A DNA stretch of 63,690 nt, the filler included. It is 6 parts of 6 records of this genome, joined end to end, with 100 filler letters (N's around TTAATTAATTAA, not from the genome) between each part and the next. Parts side by side here need not be neighbours in the genome. Positions count along the whole stretch, not along the records: positions 13,175 to 36,070 come from SRR31156797_6162; 5 more parts are not named here. One strand, given 5' to 3'. The translations under genes were made by a program, and so were the position numbers. The first letter of the stretch is position 1; every line of letters begins with the position of its first letter. This document shows, in pieces, positions 19,749 through 30,066 of this stretch. The notes below the pieces were generated by a model. The model was not told the origin of the DNA. It saw only the letters and a list, made by a program, of their open reading frames with translations, and searched no databases.

Positions 19749-21971
19749 TTAGCACGCCTCTCTTGAGCGGCACTTCTTTTTTACAGGTAAGCCATTTGTG
19801 TTAATTATGAATTCAGTTATCTCTGCTCTGTCTCTCGGTTTGGTGAAATAGTACCCCTGAAAATATGTATACCCCATATCTGAAAGCAGATTAAGCTGCT
19901 CTTCGGTCTCAACCCCTTCTGCTATGATATGCATATTCATATCCTTTGCCAGATTAAAGATGCTCGAGCATATCTTATTTGAAGAACCCTCTTTACTGAA
20001 GTTATTTACGAAAGACCTATCCAGCTTAAGTTTCTCCGGCATTAAGGAATTAAGATAATTCAACGACGAATATCCTGTTCCAAAATCATCTAGAGCGATC
20101 TGAATATTTTCTCCTTTTATAAACTCGAGAACCGGCTTCACCTGATCAAAATCACCTATGAGAATGTTTTCTGTTATCTCAAATACCACTTTGTTCTTAT
20201 CAAAATCGTATTTTTTAATCAGGTCAACATATTCAGACATCTTACTCTTTTTAGCCAGAGAGCTTGGAGAGATATTCACCGAAAGCCATATATCACAATA
20301 CCCTATCGCTTCAAGGTATTTCATATATTTAAGTGAACACTCTATAATGTCTAAGGTCATCTCATGCATCAGTCCAATCTCTTCTATGGTATCCAGAAAG
20401 ACTATTGGAGCGTGTATCTTTCCGTCATCGTACCACCTTGCGAGCGCCTCAACCCCTATCACCTTATTATTCTCAGAATCGATCACAGGCTGTAGATGCG
20501 GGATAAAATCCTTCGTTTTTATAGCTTTTGCAAGCCTATGCTCAAGGTAAAACCTGTGGCTGATGGTCTCATCATACTCCTGTGTATAAAACTCAAATGA
20601 TCCCTTTGCAGTTGATTTCGCTTTATACATGGCGAGGTCAGCATTTTTCATAAGCTTTTCTATCTCTTCCCCGTCATCAGGATAAAAAGTGATGCCTATT
20701 GATGTCGAGGTGTTGATAGTCTGCTCACCTATTTCCACTGGCTCTGAAACCTTATTTATAATCCTGCTGGCAATAAGTTCCATCATATCTTTCGTTTCCA
20801 CATCAGCAAAAATAATTACAAATTCATCGCCGCCGAGCCTGCAAACGGTATCCGTTTCTCTGGCGCACTCTAGAAGCCTCTGTGCCACCACCACAAGAAG
20901 CTTGTCACCCTGATCGTGCCCTAGTGTATCGTTCACCTGCTTGAAATTATCAAGATCAAGAAACATAAGCGCCATCATGCTTTTGCTTCTATATGACCTT
21001 TTGATCGCCATAGACAGCCTGTCGTAACAGAGAGCCCTGTTTGCGAGACCTGTCAGAGAATCATAAAATGCTTTCTTACGAAGCTCCTCTTTTGTCTCGT
21101 GGAGTTCTCTTGTCCTTATACGGACTTCAGATTCTATATTTTCATACGCTAGAATGAGCTTTTTCTCTCTGGAATATATCTCTTCCATCATGGTTACAAA
21201 TGAGTCGTTAAGCTTTTGAAACTCGTAATCAAAACTCTCTTCGAGACTGAAATCATAACTTCCGTTGGCTACCTCATTCGCTTTTTCAGTAATTTTAGCA
21301 AGAGGTTTCGAGACATATTTGTTGAATATTATAATGACATAGAACATAAGAATATTTACGACAAAAAAAGCTAATAACATAATCATGCTTAATTTGTCAT
21401 AAAACGAATCGAACACAGACTTATTGCTGACAGAGGCTTTTGAAAGAAGGTATTTTATCTGGTCAGCTTTAAACCCGATAACCACCTTACCTAAAGGCTC
21501 TTCTGCGAAGACAACCGGGTGTGATATGCAAAACAGGCTATTATCTATATAGCTTGAGACAGTATCATCTGATTCTGTTAATTTCTGCAGAAATGTGTCC
21601 TGTAGCTTGCTACCAATATTCTTATTATCCTCTGAGTAATCAGAAACAATTACTCCAGACATATCAACTATATATGCAAATTCTATATTTCTATTTTCGC
21701 CCAGCTTTTCAACTAAGATACTTGAGGTGTAGTAGTCGCCTTTATACAGAGGCACTATTAATTGTGATGCCAGAGTCCTGACAGTTGCCAGTGCGCTATC
21801 CTCAAAAATCCTATAGCTTGTTTTGTTTATAATTTCTTCATTATTCTTGTAAATCCTCGGGGCTATATTAACTTTTATTGCTGTATGAATAGCTATAAAC
21901 AGCACCATAAGGGACACAACGAATATGAAAAAACTAACGTAAATCTTGGCTGCTATTGAATTAAATCTCAT
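19749..21971 (-). CDS. membrane HAMP-GGDEF-EAL diguanylate cyclase/phosphodiesterase
   Basis: Two TM, HAMP, RETD I-site, RLGGDEF, EALARW, DDFGTGYSS. Confidence 0.93.
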   Translation of the reverse strand: MRFNSIAAKIYVSFFIFVVSLMVLFIAIHTAIKVNIAPRIYKNNEEIINKTSYRIFEDSALATVRTLASQLIVPLYKGDYYTSSILVEKLGENRNIEFAYIVDMSGVIVSDYSEDNKNIGSKLQDTFLQKLTESDDTVSSYIDNSLFCISHPVVFAEEPLGKVVIGFKADQIKYLLSKASVSNKSVFDSFYDKLSMIMLLAFFVVNILMFYVIIIFNKYVSKPLAKITEKANEVANGSYDFSLEESFDYEFQKLNDSFVTMMEEIYSREKKLILAYENIESEVRIRTRELHETKEELRKKAFYDSLTGLANRALCYDRLSMAIKRSYRSKSMMALMFLDLDNFKQVNDTLGHDQGDKLLVVVAQRLLECARETDTVCRLGGDEFVIIFADVETKDMMELIASRIINKVSEPVEIGEQTINTSTSIGITFYPDDGEEIEKLMKNADLAMYKAKSTAKGSFEFYTQEYDETISHRFYLEHRLAKAIKTKDFIPHLQPVIDSENNKVIGVEALARWYDDGKIHAPIVFLDTIEEIGLMHEMTLDIIECSLKYMKYLEAIGYCDIWLSVNISPSSLAKKSKMSEYVDLIKKYDFDKNKVVFEITENILIGDFDQVKPVLEFIKGENIQIALDDFGTGYSSLNYLNSLMPEKLKLDRSFVNNFSKEGSSNKICSSIFNLAKDMNMHIIAEGVETEEQLNLLSDMGYTYFQGYYFTKPRDRAEITEFIINTNGLPVKKKCRSREAC

Positions 21972-22834
21972 TTCATAAATACTTCATTGTATTTTTCCCA
22001 ATTTTCCGGAAGCTCTAAAAAATAATCAATTCTAAAGTTACGAAGTGCCTCTCTGCCATCTCTGTTTTTATGCATATTCAGGAAAACTTTTTTGATTTCC
22101 GTTATCTTATCTTGTGCGAGAGTATTAGACGCTGAAAGAAACATCGTGATGATCTCTGGTGTCTGCGCAAAAATCTTGCACTTACTACTAAAACTGTCCG
22201 GGTTGTATTTCTTATTTTCCCAGTCATTTATATTCAATACACCAGCATCAATTTTTCTTATGTTCACCCACGTGGTGATATTTACCTCTGATTCTGCAAA
22301 TGTGTAGTTAATCTTATCCGGAGCAGGTGTGTCGCCGTGGTTTATCTCATTCAGAGCATACCCTGAGTGTATAAGAAACTTATATGGAAGGATATATCCC
22401 GTAGTTGAATTCCTGTCTTCAAGGGCTATTGTCTTGCCTATGAGGTCATCAAGTTTATTTATTCCTGAATCATTTCTAGAAAAGAATATTGTATTTTGAG
22501 TAATTTTGCCCTTTCTCGATATTATAAGGATAGGGTCAGCCTTCCCAGCTTTATAATATTCGCTTATTCCGTATGGTGATTCCAGTATTAGATGAAGATC
22601 ATCGTCGTCAACCATTTTTAAAAGCGACGCCACACTGTTTTTAAGGTCAATCTTAACTTTTACGTCATCTATCCCGATGTGTTTAAATTTAGTACTGAGA
22701 TATTTTGCGATCGGAGTAATTCTCCTGTTCTCTTTTTCTATTTCGTTTGAAGATCTGCCTATGTATAAGACACTGCCCGCATATACCTGAGTAAAAGAAA
22801 TAAACAACATAACTATGAATATTATCGATTTCAT
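21968..22834 (-). CDS. PhnD-like periplasmic substrate-binding protein
   Basis: Signal peptide, DSGINKLDDLIGKTIALED, STTGYILP; ATGA overlap with the GGDEF-EAL gene. Confidence 0.8.
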   Translation of the reverse strand: MKSIIFIVMLFISFTQVYAGSVLYIGRSSNEIEKENRRITPIAKYLSTKFKHIGIDDVKVKIDLKNSVASLLKMVDDDDLHLILESPYGISEYYKAGKADPILIISRKGKITQNTIFFSRNDSGINKLDDLIGKTIALEDRNSTTGYILPYKFLIHSGYALNEINHGDTPAPDKINYTFAESEVNITTWVNIRKIDAGVLNINDWENKKYNPDSFSSKCKIFAQTPEIITMFLSASNTLAQDKITEIKKVFLNMHKNRDGREALRNFRIDYFLELPENWEKYNEVFMK

Positions 22835-23066
22835 AATTATACTCCGTCAATTGAATTTTGAATCAAGCTAACATGATAAATCGGCAACCACAATAAAGTG
22901 GCGCAACAATTTACATAATCTGAATATAATTGATCATTACATAACATTTATTTATAAATTACAGAATTTTACGACAATAATTTAGCTTAACGTTATACAA
23001 ATTAACAGTTGACAGCTAAACTTCAAAACTCTATAACATCCATCTAATCAATCTATACAGCATTTT

Positions 23067-23151
23067 GCCGTGGTGGTGGAATTGGTAGACACGCATGATT
23101 CAGGTTCATGTGGGAGATAATCCTGTGGGGGTTCGAGTCCCCCCCTCGGCA
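23067..23151 (+). tRNA. tRNA-Leu(CAG)
   Basis: D-arm GGAATTGGTAGAC, anticodon arm CATGA-TTCAGGT-TCATG, long variable arm, GTTCGAGTC; CCA not encoded. Confidence 0.95.
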
Positions 23152-23155
23152 CTCT

Positions 23156-23186
23156 AAAAGAGCTCAAGCATTTGCTTGGGCTTTTT
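23156..23186 (+). terminator. intrinsic terminator after tRNA
   Basis: AGCTCAAGCA-TT-TGCTTGGGCT followed by a T run. Confidence 0.75.
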
Positions 23187-23363
23187 CGTTAACAGGGAAG
23201 ATAACTACTGATCGCAACGAACCGGCAAGAAACAGCACAAAGACTATATAATTCGGCTAACTAGCTGGCTTTAAAAACCTTTAAAGCTAAAAATGGGAAG
23301 GTATTCCATTTGCTTTCTCAACAGAACAAATATTTGATGCATCTTTAACCAGTATTCAGCATA

Positions 23364-23384
23364 AGTGACTAAATTTTAATCACT
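23364..23384. promoter_or_regulatory. imperfect palindrome, candidate enhancer (bEBP) site for the glnK promoter
   Basis: AGTGACTAAATTTTAATCACT about 65-85 bp upstream of the sigma54 site. Confidence 0.45.
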
Positions 23385-23447
23385 ATTTATTCATTAATTT
23401 TTAATTAAACACCATCTAACTAATGCTACCAACAACTTTTACGTTTT

Positions 23448-23463
23448 TGGCACACCAGTTGCT
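23448..23463 (+). promoter_or_regulatory. sigma54 promoter of glnK-amt
   Basis: TGGCACACCAGTTGCT, canonical GG-N10-GC. Confidence 0.85.
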
Positions 23464-23499
23464 TATAACACTTCACAAATAACCATACAGGAGTTTTGT

Positions 23500-23841
23500 A
23501 TGAAACTGATCAAGTCAATAATCAAGCCATCTCGGATTGATGAGGTGAAAGATGCTCTCAACGAGTTTGGGATTTCAGGCATGACAATTTTTGAAGTGAA
23601 AGGTTACGGAAGACAAAAAGGTCACCACGAACTGTATCGTGGCGCAGAGTACCAGATTGATTTCGTACCAAAGGTTATGCTAGAGATTGTTGTAAACGAT
23701 GATATCGCAGCTGATTGCGTAAAAGTAATCTCTGAAGCTGCAAAAACAGGAAAGATTGGGGACGGAAAAGTTTTTGTTCTCGATGTCGCAGAAGCCGTTA
23801 GAATTCGTACCGGCGAACTCGGAACAGAAGCACTTAGTTAA
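23500..23841 (+). CDS. glnK: P-II nitrogen regulatory protein
   Basis: GYGRQKG, YRGAEY T-loop, TGKIGDGK, RIRTGE; precedes amt. Confidence 0.95.
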   Translation: MKLIKSIIKPSRIDEVKDALNEFGISGMTIFEVKGYGRQKGHHELYRGAEYQIDFVPKVMLEIVVNDDIAADCVKVISEAAKTGKIGDGKVFVLDVAEAVRIRTGELGTEALS

Positions 23842-23854
23842 TTAGGAGGTCATT

Positions 23855-25120
23855 ATGGAAAATCATATTTTTGAACTACAATTTGCAATTGATACATTCT
23901 ATTTTTTAGTTTGTGGTGCATTGGTAATGTGGATGGCAGCAGGATTTGCCATGCTCGAATCGGGTCTCGTAAGATCCAAAAACACAACAGAAATTCTTAC
24001 AAAAAACGTAGCTCTTTATGCAGTGGCTAGTATCATGTATTTGGTATGCGGTTATCAGTTTATGTATGACGGCGGTATTTTTCTTTCCGGTGTGGAAACA
24101 GTTGCCAACTTCAGCAAAGAAGCAGCGCTTGCTGCATCTGTTGAAAACGGTTTTGACGGCGACTCAGTATACGCTGGTGCATCCGACTTCTTCTTTCAGG
24201 TAGTTTTCGTTGGTGCTGCTATGTCTATCGTTTCTGGTGCTGTTGCTGAAAGAATGAAACTTTGGGCATTCCTTATCTTTGCTGTTATTATGACCGGTGT
24301 TATCTACCCTATCGAAGGTGGATGGACATGGGGCGGTAAGGAAGTTTTTGGTATGTTTTCCCTTAACTACAGCGACTACGCTGGTTCTGGTATAGTTCAT
24401 ATGGCTGGTGCTGCTGCAGCTCTGTCAGGTGTTCTCTTCCTCGGAGCAAGAAAAGGAAAATACACTAAAGACGGTAAAATTAATGCTATCCCAGGTGCAA
24501 ACCTTCCACTCGCTGCACTCGGAACATTCATCCTCTGGATGGGTTGGTTCGGATTCAACGGTGGTTCAACACTTAAGCTCGGTGGTATGGAAGTAGCAAA
24601 CGAAGTAGCTAACGTTTTCCTTAACACTAACGCTGCAGCTGCTGGTGGTGCAATATCTGCACTGATCGTTGCTCAGATACTGTTTAAGAAAGCTGATATT
24701 ACTATGCTTCTCAATGGTGCTCTCGCTGGTCTTGTTGCTATCACAGCTGAGCCTGCTGACCCAACACCTGTAATAGCAACTATTATCGGTGCTGTCGCTG
24801 GTATCATCGTTGTATTCGCAATTATCGGTATTGACCGTATAAAAATTGACGATCCTGTTGGTGCTATCTCTGTTCACGGTGTATGCGGTTTCTTCGGTGT
24901 AATGGTAGTTCCATTAACAGATGCAGATGCTTCTTTCGGTGGACAGTTCGTAGGTGCTCTTACAATTTTCGTATGGGTATTCCTCGCATCATCTATTGTC
25001 TGGTTCATCCTTAAGATGGTTATGGGTATCAGAATCAGCGAAGATGAAGAATTCGAAGGTGCGGACATGTCAGAATGCGGTGTTGCTGCTTACCCAGAAT
25101 TCACTACAAGCGGAAAATAA
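23855..25120 (+). CDS. amtB: ammonium transporter
   Basis: DYAGSGIVH, WMGWFGFNGGS, NGALAGLVAIT, DDPVGAISVHG. Confidence 0.96.
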   Translation: MENHIFELQFAIDTFYFLVCGALVMWMAAGFAMLESGLVRSKNTTEILTKNVALYAVASIMYLVCGYQFMYDGGIFLSGVETVANFSKEAALAASVENGFDGDSVYAGASDFFFQVVFVGAAMSIVSGAVAERMKLWAFLIFAVIMTGVIYPIEGGWTWGGKEVFGMFSLNYSDYAGSGIVHMAGAAAALSGVLFLGARKGKYTKDGKINAIPGANLPLAALGTFILWMGWFGFNGGSTLKLGGMEVANEVANVFLNTNAAAAGGAISALIVAQILFKKADITMLLNGALAGLVAITAEPADPTPVIATIIGAVAGIIVVFAIIGIDRIKIDDPVGAISVHGVCGFFGVMVVPLTDADASFGGQFVGALTIFVWVFLASSIVWFILKMVMGIRISEDEEFEGADMSECGVAAYPEFTTSGK

Positions 25121-25150
25121 TTAACTGTAACAACAGTTACATATAACTCT

Positions 25151-25179
25151 AAGGGGGAGCTTATGCTTCCCCTTTTTTT
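25151..25179 (+). terminator. intrinsic terminator after amt
   Basis: AAGGGGGAGC-TTAT-GCTTCCCCTT plus T run. Confidence 0.8.
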
Positions 25180-25217
25180 GTGCATGTCTATATATTAATA
25201 AACACCTTTATACTGGG

Positions 25218-26111
25218 CTACTTACCTTTTCTGAGAGCGATAAGAATACCTGTAAAAATCAATATCATCCCTATCAGTTGAATAAATGTAATCGTTTCAG
25301 TAAAGAACAGGTATGCAAGGATAGCAGAAAGGATAGGCTCACCCATTTTAACCACTGCAACGATACTCGATTTTATATACTTCAAAGCCCAGTTGAATGA
25401 GCTGTGCCCTAATACCTGCGGAAAAAGCCCCATAAGTAGCAGAAAAAGCCATGAAGACGGCTTAAATCCAGTAAAGCTAAGCCCCATTGAGAAAGCCAGA
25501 ACAGTAAGAACAACAGCAGCACTGGTATAAACTATCATGACGTAGGTCAAAAGGTTCATTCGTGTCATCAGCCGACTCCCGATAAGTAAGTAAAATGACT
25601 GGGTGAAAGCACCTGCAATGGCAAGCGAATTACCTATAATAAGCCCTGAACCACCAGCAAAACCGATAAAACACCTGTCACCTATGGTGAGCATATAGCA
25701 TCCGGCAAAAGCTATCACAATACTTAGAATTATCGAAAAGCTCTGCTTCTCTCTGAAGAAGATAAACGCAAGCACACATAGGAATATCGGATTCATATTT
25801 ACCAACATCACACTGTTAGCAACGGATGTATATAATAGAGAGGTAATCCATGTAGCGAAATGTCCCGCAAGGAAAATTCCACTCAGGACACCTAAAAGAA
25901 AATCTTTCCTGTTTACAGCACCAAGTGACATCCCTCTGAATCTGGCTACAGCAATAAGTATCATAGATGAAAAGATCATCCTGTATGCGCCTATGACAAC
26001 TGGGTGCACGTCATCAGCAAACCGGACAAGGATAGCACCGCTTGACATGAAAAGAAGCCCTAGCAGCATCACGGTCGCAACAGTAGAGCCAGAAACTTTC
26101 TCCTCTTTCAT
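25218..26111 (-). CDS. DMT/EamA family transporter
   Basis: About 10 TM in two repeats; HFATWITSL, GHSSFNWALK, GEP. Confidence 0.88.
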   Translation of the reverse strand: MKEEKVSGSTVATVMLLGLLFMSSGAILVRFADDVHPVVIGAYRMIFSSMILIAVARFRGMSLGAVNRKDFLLGVLSGIFLAGHFATWITSLLYTSVANSVMLVNMNPIFLCVLAFIFFREKQSFSIILSIVIAFAGCYMLTIGDRCFIGFAGGSGLIIGNSLAIAGAFTQSFYLLIGSRLMTRMNLLTYVMIVYTSAAVVLTVLAFSMGLSFTGFKPSSWLFLLLMGLFPQVLGHSSFNWALKYIKSSIVAVVKMGEPILSAILAYLFFTETITFIQLIGMILIFTGILIALRKGK

Positions 26112-26218
26112 ACATCACCTTCCTTAACACAACTAATTTATACTAAATCATCCGGCGATCTGTCCACGGATAAAAAATCTGTTGCACTATTTCTAAACTC
26201 GAGCTATCTTTTAATTAC

Positions 26219-26236
26219 TAACTAACTGGTTGGTTA
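26219..26236. promoter_or_regulatory. candidate TetR operator
   Basis: TAACTAACTGGTTGGTTA imperfect palindrome between TTGCAC-N17-TATCTT (26182-26210) and the ATG. Confidence 0.55.
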
Positions 26237-26239
26237 ATT

Positions 26240-26869
26240 ATGAAACGAAATAAAGATAAAACTATCGAGAAAATACTTTCTGCATCACTTGAGCACTTCT
26301 CCAAAAAGGGTTATGAGGGCGCAAGGATCGATGAAATTGCCGAGGAAGCAGGTATCAACAAAGCTACCATCTATTACCACATTGGCGACAAGGATACCCT
26401 TTACAAGACGACTCTAACCAATATGTTCACCGAAATAGCTGGTAATCTGCGGGAGACCATCAACAAGCAGGAGAGCGTGCACGAAAAGCTCCGCACATTC
26501 ATTCTCATGCTTCACAGGATTAAGCATAGATATCCGCACTTCCCCCCTGTTGTAATGCGTGAATTTGCCTCAAGGGGTGAGCGTTTAACAGATGAGATAA
26601 TGGTCTCTATCTATAAGGTAATCAAAATATTTATAGAGATTATAGAGGATGGCATGGCTCAGGGCATCTTTAGAAAAGTGAATCCTTTTATGCTTTACAC
26701 AACCGTCATCGGCAGTTCACTTATAATCCATACAGGCTACCCTGTTTTCAAAAACGCAAAGGATAATGGACTCGTAGAGAGTCTGCCTATACCACCGCTT
26801 GAGCCGGAAATAACATCAGAAATTATATACGACTTTTTGATAAACTCACTGGAGAATAAAAATGTCTAA
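26240..26869 (+). CDS. TetR/AcrR family regulator
   Basis: GARIDEIAEEAGINKATIYYHIGDK HTH. Confidence 0.92.
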   Translation: MKRNKDKTIEKILSASLEHFSKKGYEGARIDEIAEEAGINKATIYYHIGDKDTLYKTTLTNMFTEIAGNLRETINKQESVHEKLRTFILMLHRIKHRYPHFPPVVMREFASRGERLTDEIMVSIYKVIKIFIEIIEDGMAQGIFRKVNPFMLYTTVIGSSLIIHTGYPVFKNAKDNGLVESLPIPPLEPEITSEIIYDFLINSLENKNV

Positions 26870-29267
26870 ATTAAAAGATAAGATCGAAAGCTATTTTGGA
26901 GTTTTCGCAGAGGCAGTATACAATCACAGGCTGAAAGTTCTGTTATTATGTCTTATTTCCTGGGGGCTTCTGCTTCCGAACCTTCGCTACTTAGAGGTGG
27001 ACACTTCGAATGAGAGTTTCCTGCATAAGAGCGACCCTATACTTGTAGAGTATAATAACTTCCGGGATCAGTTCGGTCGTGACGAAGTAGCCCTCATCAC
27101 TCTGAAAAGTAAAGACGGCGTATTTAACCTCTCTTTCCTTGAAAAACTTAATCAGCTCCACACTGAGCTTGAGGATAATGTCCCCCATCTCGATGATATC
27201 ACCAGCCTTGTTAACGCCAGATATCAGATAGGCAGCGAAGATGAGCTTCTGGTCGAAGATTTTATGAAAGATTTCCCAAAGTCTGAGGCGGAAGCAGCCG
27301 CTCTTAAAGTTAAGGCGAAAACTCAGCCTAACTATTTCAACCTTCTTCTAAACGAGGAGATGAGCGTAACAACTATTGTTCTTAAGTCTAACACTTACTC
27401 CGGCGAGGGCGAAGAGGAGGATTTACTGGGCGGTTTTGACGATACTGAGATAGATGAAAACGTTGAAAAAGTCTACCTTACAGCGGCGGAAAACACTGAG
27501 TTTGTTGATGCAACAAAAGCTATTCTCGATAAGTACCGCTCAGATGATTTCGATGCTTATATGGCTGGCTCCGCTGTTGTTATAGACCAGCTAAAGCTTT
27601 GGATGCAAAGCGATGTTTCAAAATTTATCAGACTATGTGTGCTTGTCATAGGTATTCTGTTATTTGCTATGTTCCGCAGATTCTCCTGCGTTATGATCCC
27701 TCTTTTAGTGGTTATATTAACTCTCCTCTCTACCTTGGCGATAATGGCTATTACTGGGGTTAAGTTCAAACTCCCGACCTCTATACTCCCATCATTTATC
27801 CTCGCTGTGGGCGTCGGAGATGCCGTTCATATTTTAACTATTGTGCTCCAGCAAATGCGAAAAGGACTCTCGAAAAAAGATGCTGTAATTTACGCTCTAA
27901 GTCACTCAGGGCTTGCAGTATTTTTAACTAGTATTACCACTGCCGGCGGGTTGTTATCCTTCGCAACTGCTGAAGTTGCTCCTATAGCAGAGCTAGGCAT
28001 GTTTGCATCTATAGGTGTTATGCTCGCATTTTTTTATACAGTTGTGCTTCTTCCGGCATTAATCTCAATCATACCTTTTAAGGTTCGTAAAAAGGAGCTT
28101 GAGGCTGAACAGGGAATTTCGAAATTTGACAAGTTCTTAGCTGATGTAGGAAGCTTTTCAGTAAGGAATTACAAAGCTGTTCTCACTGTATCAGTGATCG
28201 TTCTTATTATATCATTTGCAGGAATCGCCAAAGTAAAATTTTCACATAATGTCCTGAAATGGCTCCCTCCTGCGGCAGAGGTCACAAGGGGGACTATCCT
28301 AACCGACAAAGAGATGCGTGGCTCTGTAAACATGGAAATAGTTTTAGATACAGGTAAGCCAAACGGTCTTTACGACCCGGAGGTTATGCGTAAGATAGAT
28401 GAATTTGACACCTTTGCTGAAGCTTACGAAGATGGCGATATCTTCATAGGTAAATCGAGCTCACTCAGTGATATCCTGAAAGAGATAAACAGAGCACTGA
28501 ATGAAAACCGTGATAGTCACTATAGCATACCAGACAATAAACAGCTTATAGCTCAGGAGTTTCTCCTCTTTGAAAATAGCGGTTCAGACGACCTTGAAGA
28601 CTTCGTAGATACTCAGTTCCAAAAGACCCGCATATCTCTTAAAAACCCTTGGCTCGATGCCATTGTTTACACCGACTACATAGAATTCATTAGTCAGAAG
28701 GCGAAAGAAACTTTCGGGGATGCGAGCGTAACTGTGACAGGGGTTATGGCTATCTTTTCAAGGGTGATGACAGCAACCATACACAGCATGGCGCAAAGCT
28801 ACATAATTGCCGGCGGTGTTATCTCAATCCTTATGGTGCTTCTTATAGGGCGCATCAGAATGGGACTTATAAGCATGATACCAAACCTGCTGCCGATAGT
28901 GATGGCTATAGGTGTGATAGGCTGGTTCAGCCTCCCTATGGATCTTTTCACTATGATGGTGGGTAGCATATCCATCGGTCTGGCGGTGGATGACACTATC
29001 CACTTCATGCACAACTTTATAAGGTATTTCAACCAGACTAAAAATGTCGAAGAATCTGTAAGGATGACCCTAAGCACCACAGGCAGGGCTATGATGACCA
29101 CAACCATGGTGCTCTCGACAGGTTTCTTCATTTACATGTTTGCTATGATGAAAAACCTTTATAACTTCGGAATGATCACAGCTATAGCGATTATATTCGC
29201 ACTGCTTGCTGATTTCTTTGTAGCTCCGGCTCTGATGGCACTATTTGCAAAATCTAAGGAGAACTAA
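26862..29267 (+). CDS. MMPL/RND-family transporter
   Basis: Homologous along its length to 6973-9411; GVGDAVH, GLAVDDTIHF. Confidence 0.9.
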   Translation: MSKLKDKIESYFGVFAEAVYNHRLKVLLLCLISWGLLLPNLRYLEVDTSNESFLHKSDPILVEYNNFRDQFGRDEVALITLKSKDGVFNLSFLEKLNQLHTELEDNVPHLDDITSLVNARYQIGSEDELLVEDFMKDFPKSEAEAAALKVKAKTQPNYFNLLLNEEMSVTTIVLKSNTYSGEGEEEDLLGGFDDTEIDENVEKVYLTAAENTEFVDATKAILDKYRSDDFDAYMAGSAVVIDQLKLWMQSDVSKFIRLCVLVIGILLFAMFRRFSCVMIPLLVVILTLLSTLAIMAITGVKFKLPTSILPSFILAVGVGDAVHILTIVLQQMRKGLSKKDAVIYALSHSGLAVFLTSITTAGGLLSFATAEVAPIAELGMFASIGVMLAFFYTVVLLPALISIIPFKVRKKELEAEQGISKFDKFLADVGSFSVRNYKAVLTVSVIVLIISFAGIAKVKFSHNVLKWLPPAAEVTRGTILTDKEMRGSVNMEIVLDTGKPNGLYDPEVMRKIDEFDTFAEAYEDGDIFIGKSSSLSDILKEINRALNENRDSHYSIPDNKQLIAQEFLLFENSGSDDLEDFVDTQFQKTRISLKNPWLDAIVYTDYIEFISQKAKETFGDASVTVTGVMAIFSRVMTATIHSMAQSYIIAGGVISILMVLLIGRIRMGLISMIPNLLPIVMAIGVIGWFSLPMDLFTMMVGSISIGLAVDDTIHFMHNFIRYFNQTKNVEESVRMTLSTTGRAMMTTTMVLSTGFFIYMFAMMKNLYNFGMITAIAIIFALLADFFVAPALMALFAKSKEN

Positions 29268-29268
29268 A

Positions 29269-30066
29269 ATGAAAAACATAATAACTATTATAACCTTACT
29301 AATATTCACGATAACAGGAACAGCTTTCGCTGACGACGCTAAGGCTCGGGCGATAATGGAGAAAGTTGACGCTAGAGATGACGGCGACAATTCCACCAGT
29401 GAGATGCGTATGATCCTGATAGACAAGCATAATAACGAGCGCACAAGACACCTTAAATCCTTCACAAAAGATAAAGGTGAAGATACACAAAGGCTGATGT
29501 TTTTCATCTCGCCTGCTGACGTTAAAGATACGGGGTTCCTCACATACGACTACGACGAAGCGGATAAAGACGACGACCAGTGGCTCTACCTCCCTGCCCT
29601 GCGTAAAACCAAGCGGATAGCATCAAGCGATAAGAGCGGAAGCTTTATGGGGTCTGATTTCACATATTCAGATATGACACAGCGTAACCTGGAAGACTAC
29701 GACTTTAAACTTCTGAAAGAAGCAAAGGTCGGCGAACATAAAGTCTGGCTCATCGAGTCAACACCACGCTCAAAAGAGATTATAGACGAAACCGGCTACA
29801 CAAAGTCTGTTCTCTTTGTTCGTCAGGATATCGACTTCGTTATCCGTGCGGTACATTGGGTTAAAGACGGCGGATACAATAAATATTTCGACGTAAAAAA
29901 GCTCGAAAAGATAGACGGTATCTGGACCAGCAGAGAAACACACATGACAACCAAAAAGGGTAAGACAACGATGCACAAAACTATCCTCAGCTTCGATAAC
30001 CTTAAATATAATCAAGACTTAAAAGAGTCTATCTTCACCATAAGAAGGCTTGAGAAGGGACTTTAA
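29269..30066 (+). CDS. LolA-like outer-membrane lipoprotein-sorting protein
   Basis: Signal peptide, SPADVKDTGFL, DDQWLYLPALRK, SFMGSDF; AGGAG RBS. Confidence 0.88.
   Translation: MKNIITIITLLIFTITGTAFADDAKARAIMEKVDARDDGDNSTSEMRMILIDKHNNERTRHLKSFTKDKGEDTQRLMFFISPADVKDTGFLTYDYDEADKDDDQWLYLPALRKTKRIASSDKSGSFMGSDFTYSDMTQRNLEDYDFKLLKEAKVGEHKVWLIESTPRSKEIIDETGYTKSVLFVRQDIDFVIRAVHWVKDGGYNKYFDVKKLEKIDGIWTSRETHMTTKKGKTTMHKTILSFDNLKYNQDLKESIFTIRRLEKGL

Noticed and set aside
23067-23151. U-U mismatch in the tRNA-Leu acceptor stem; tRNA as an integration site
   Set aside because: A single mismatch is tolerated; no integrase or duplicated 3' end nearby.
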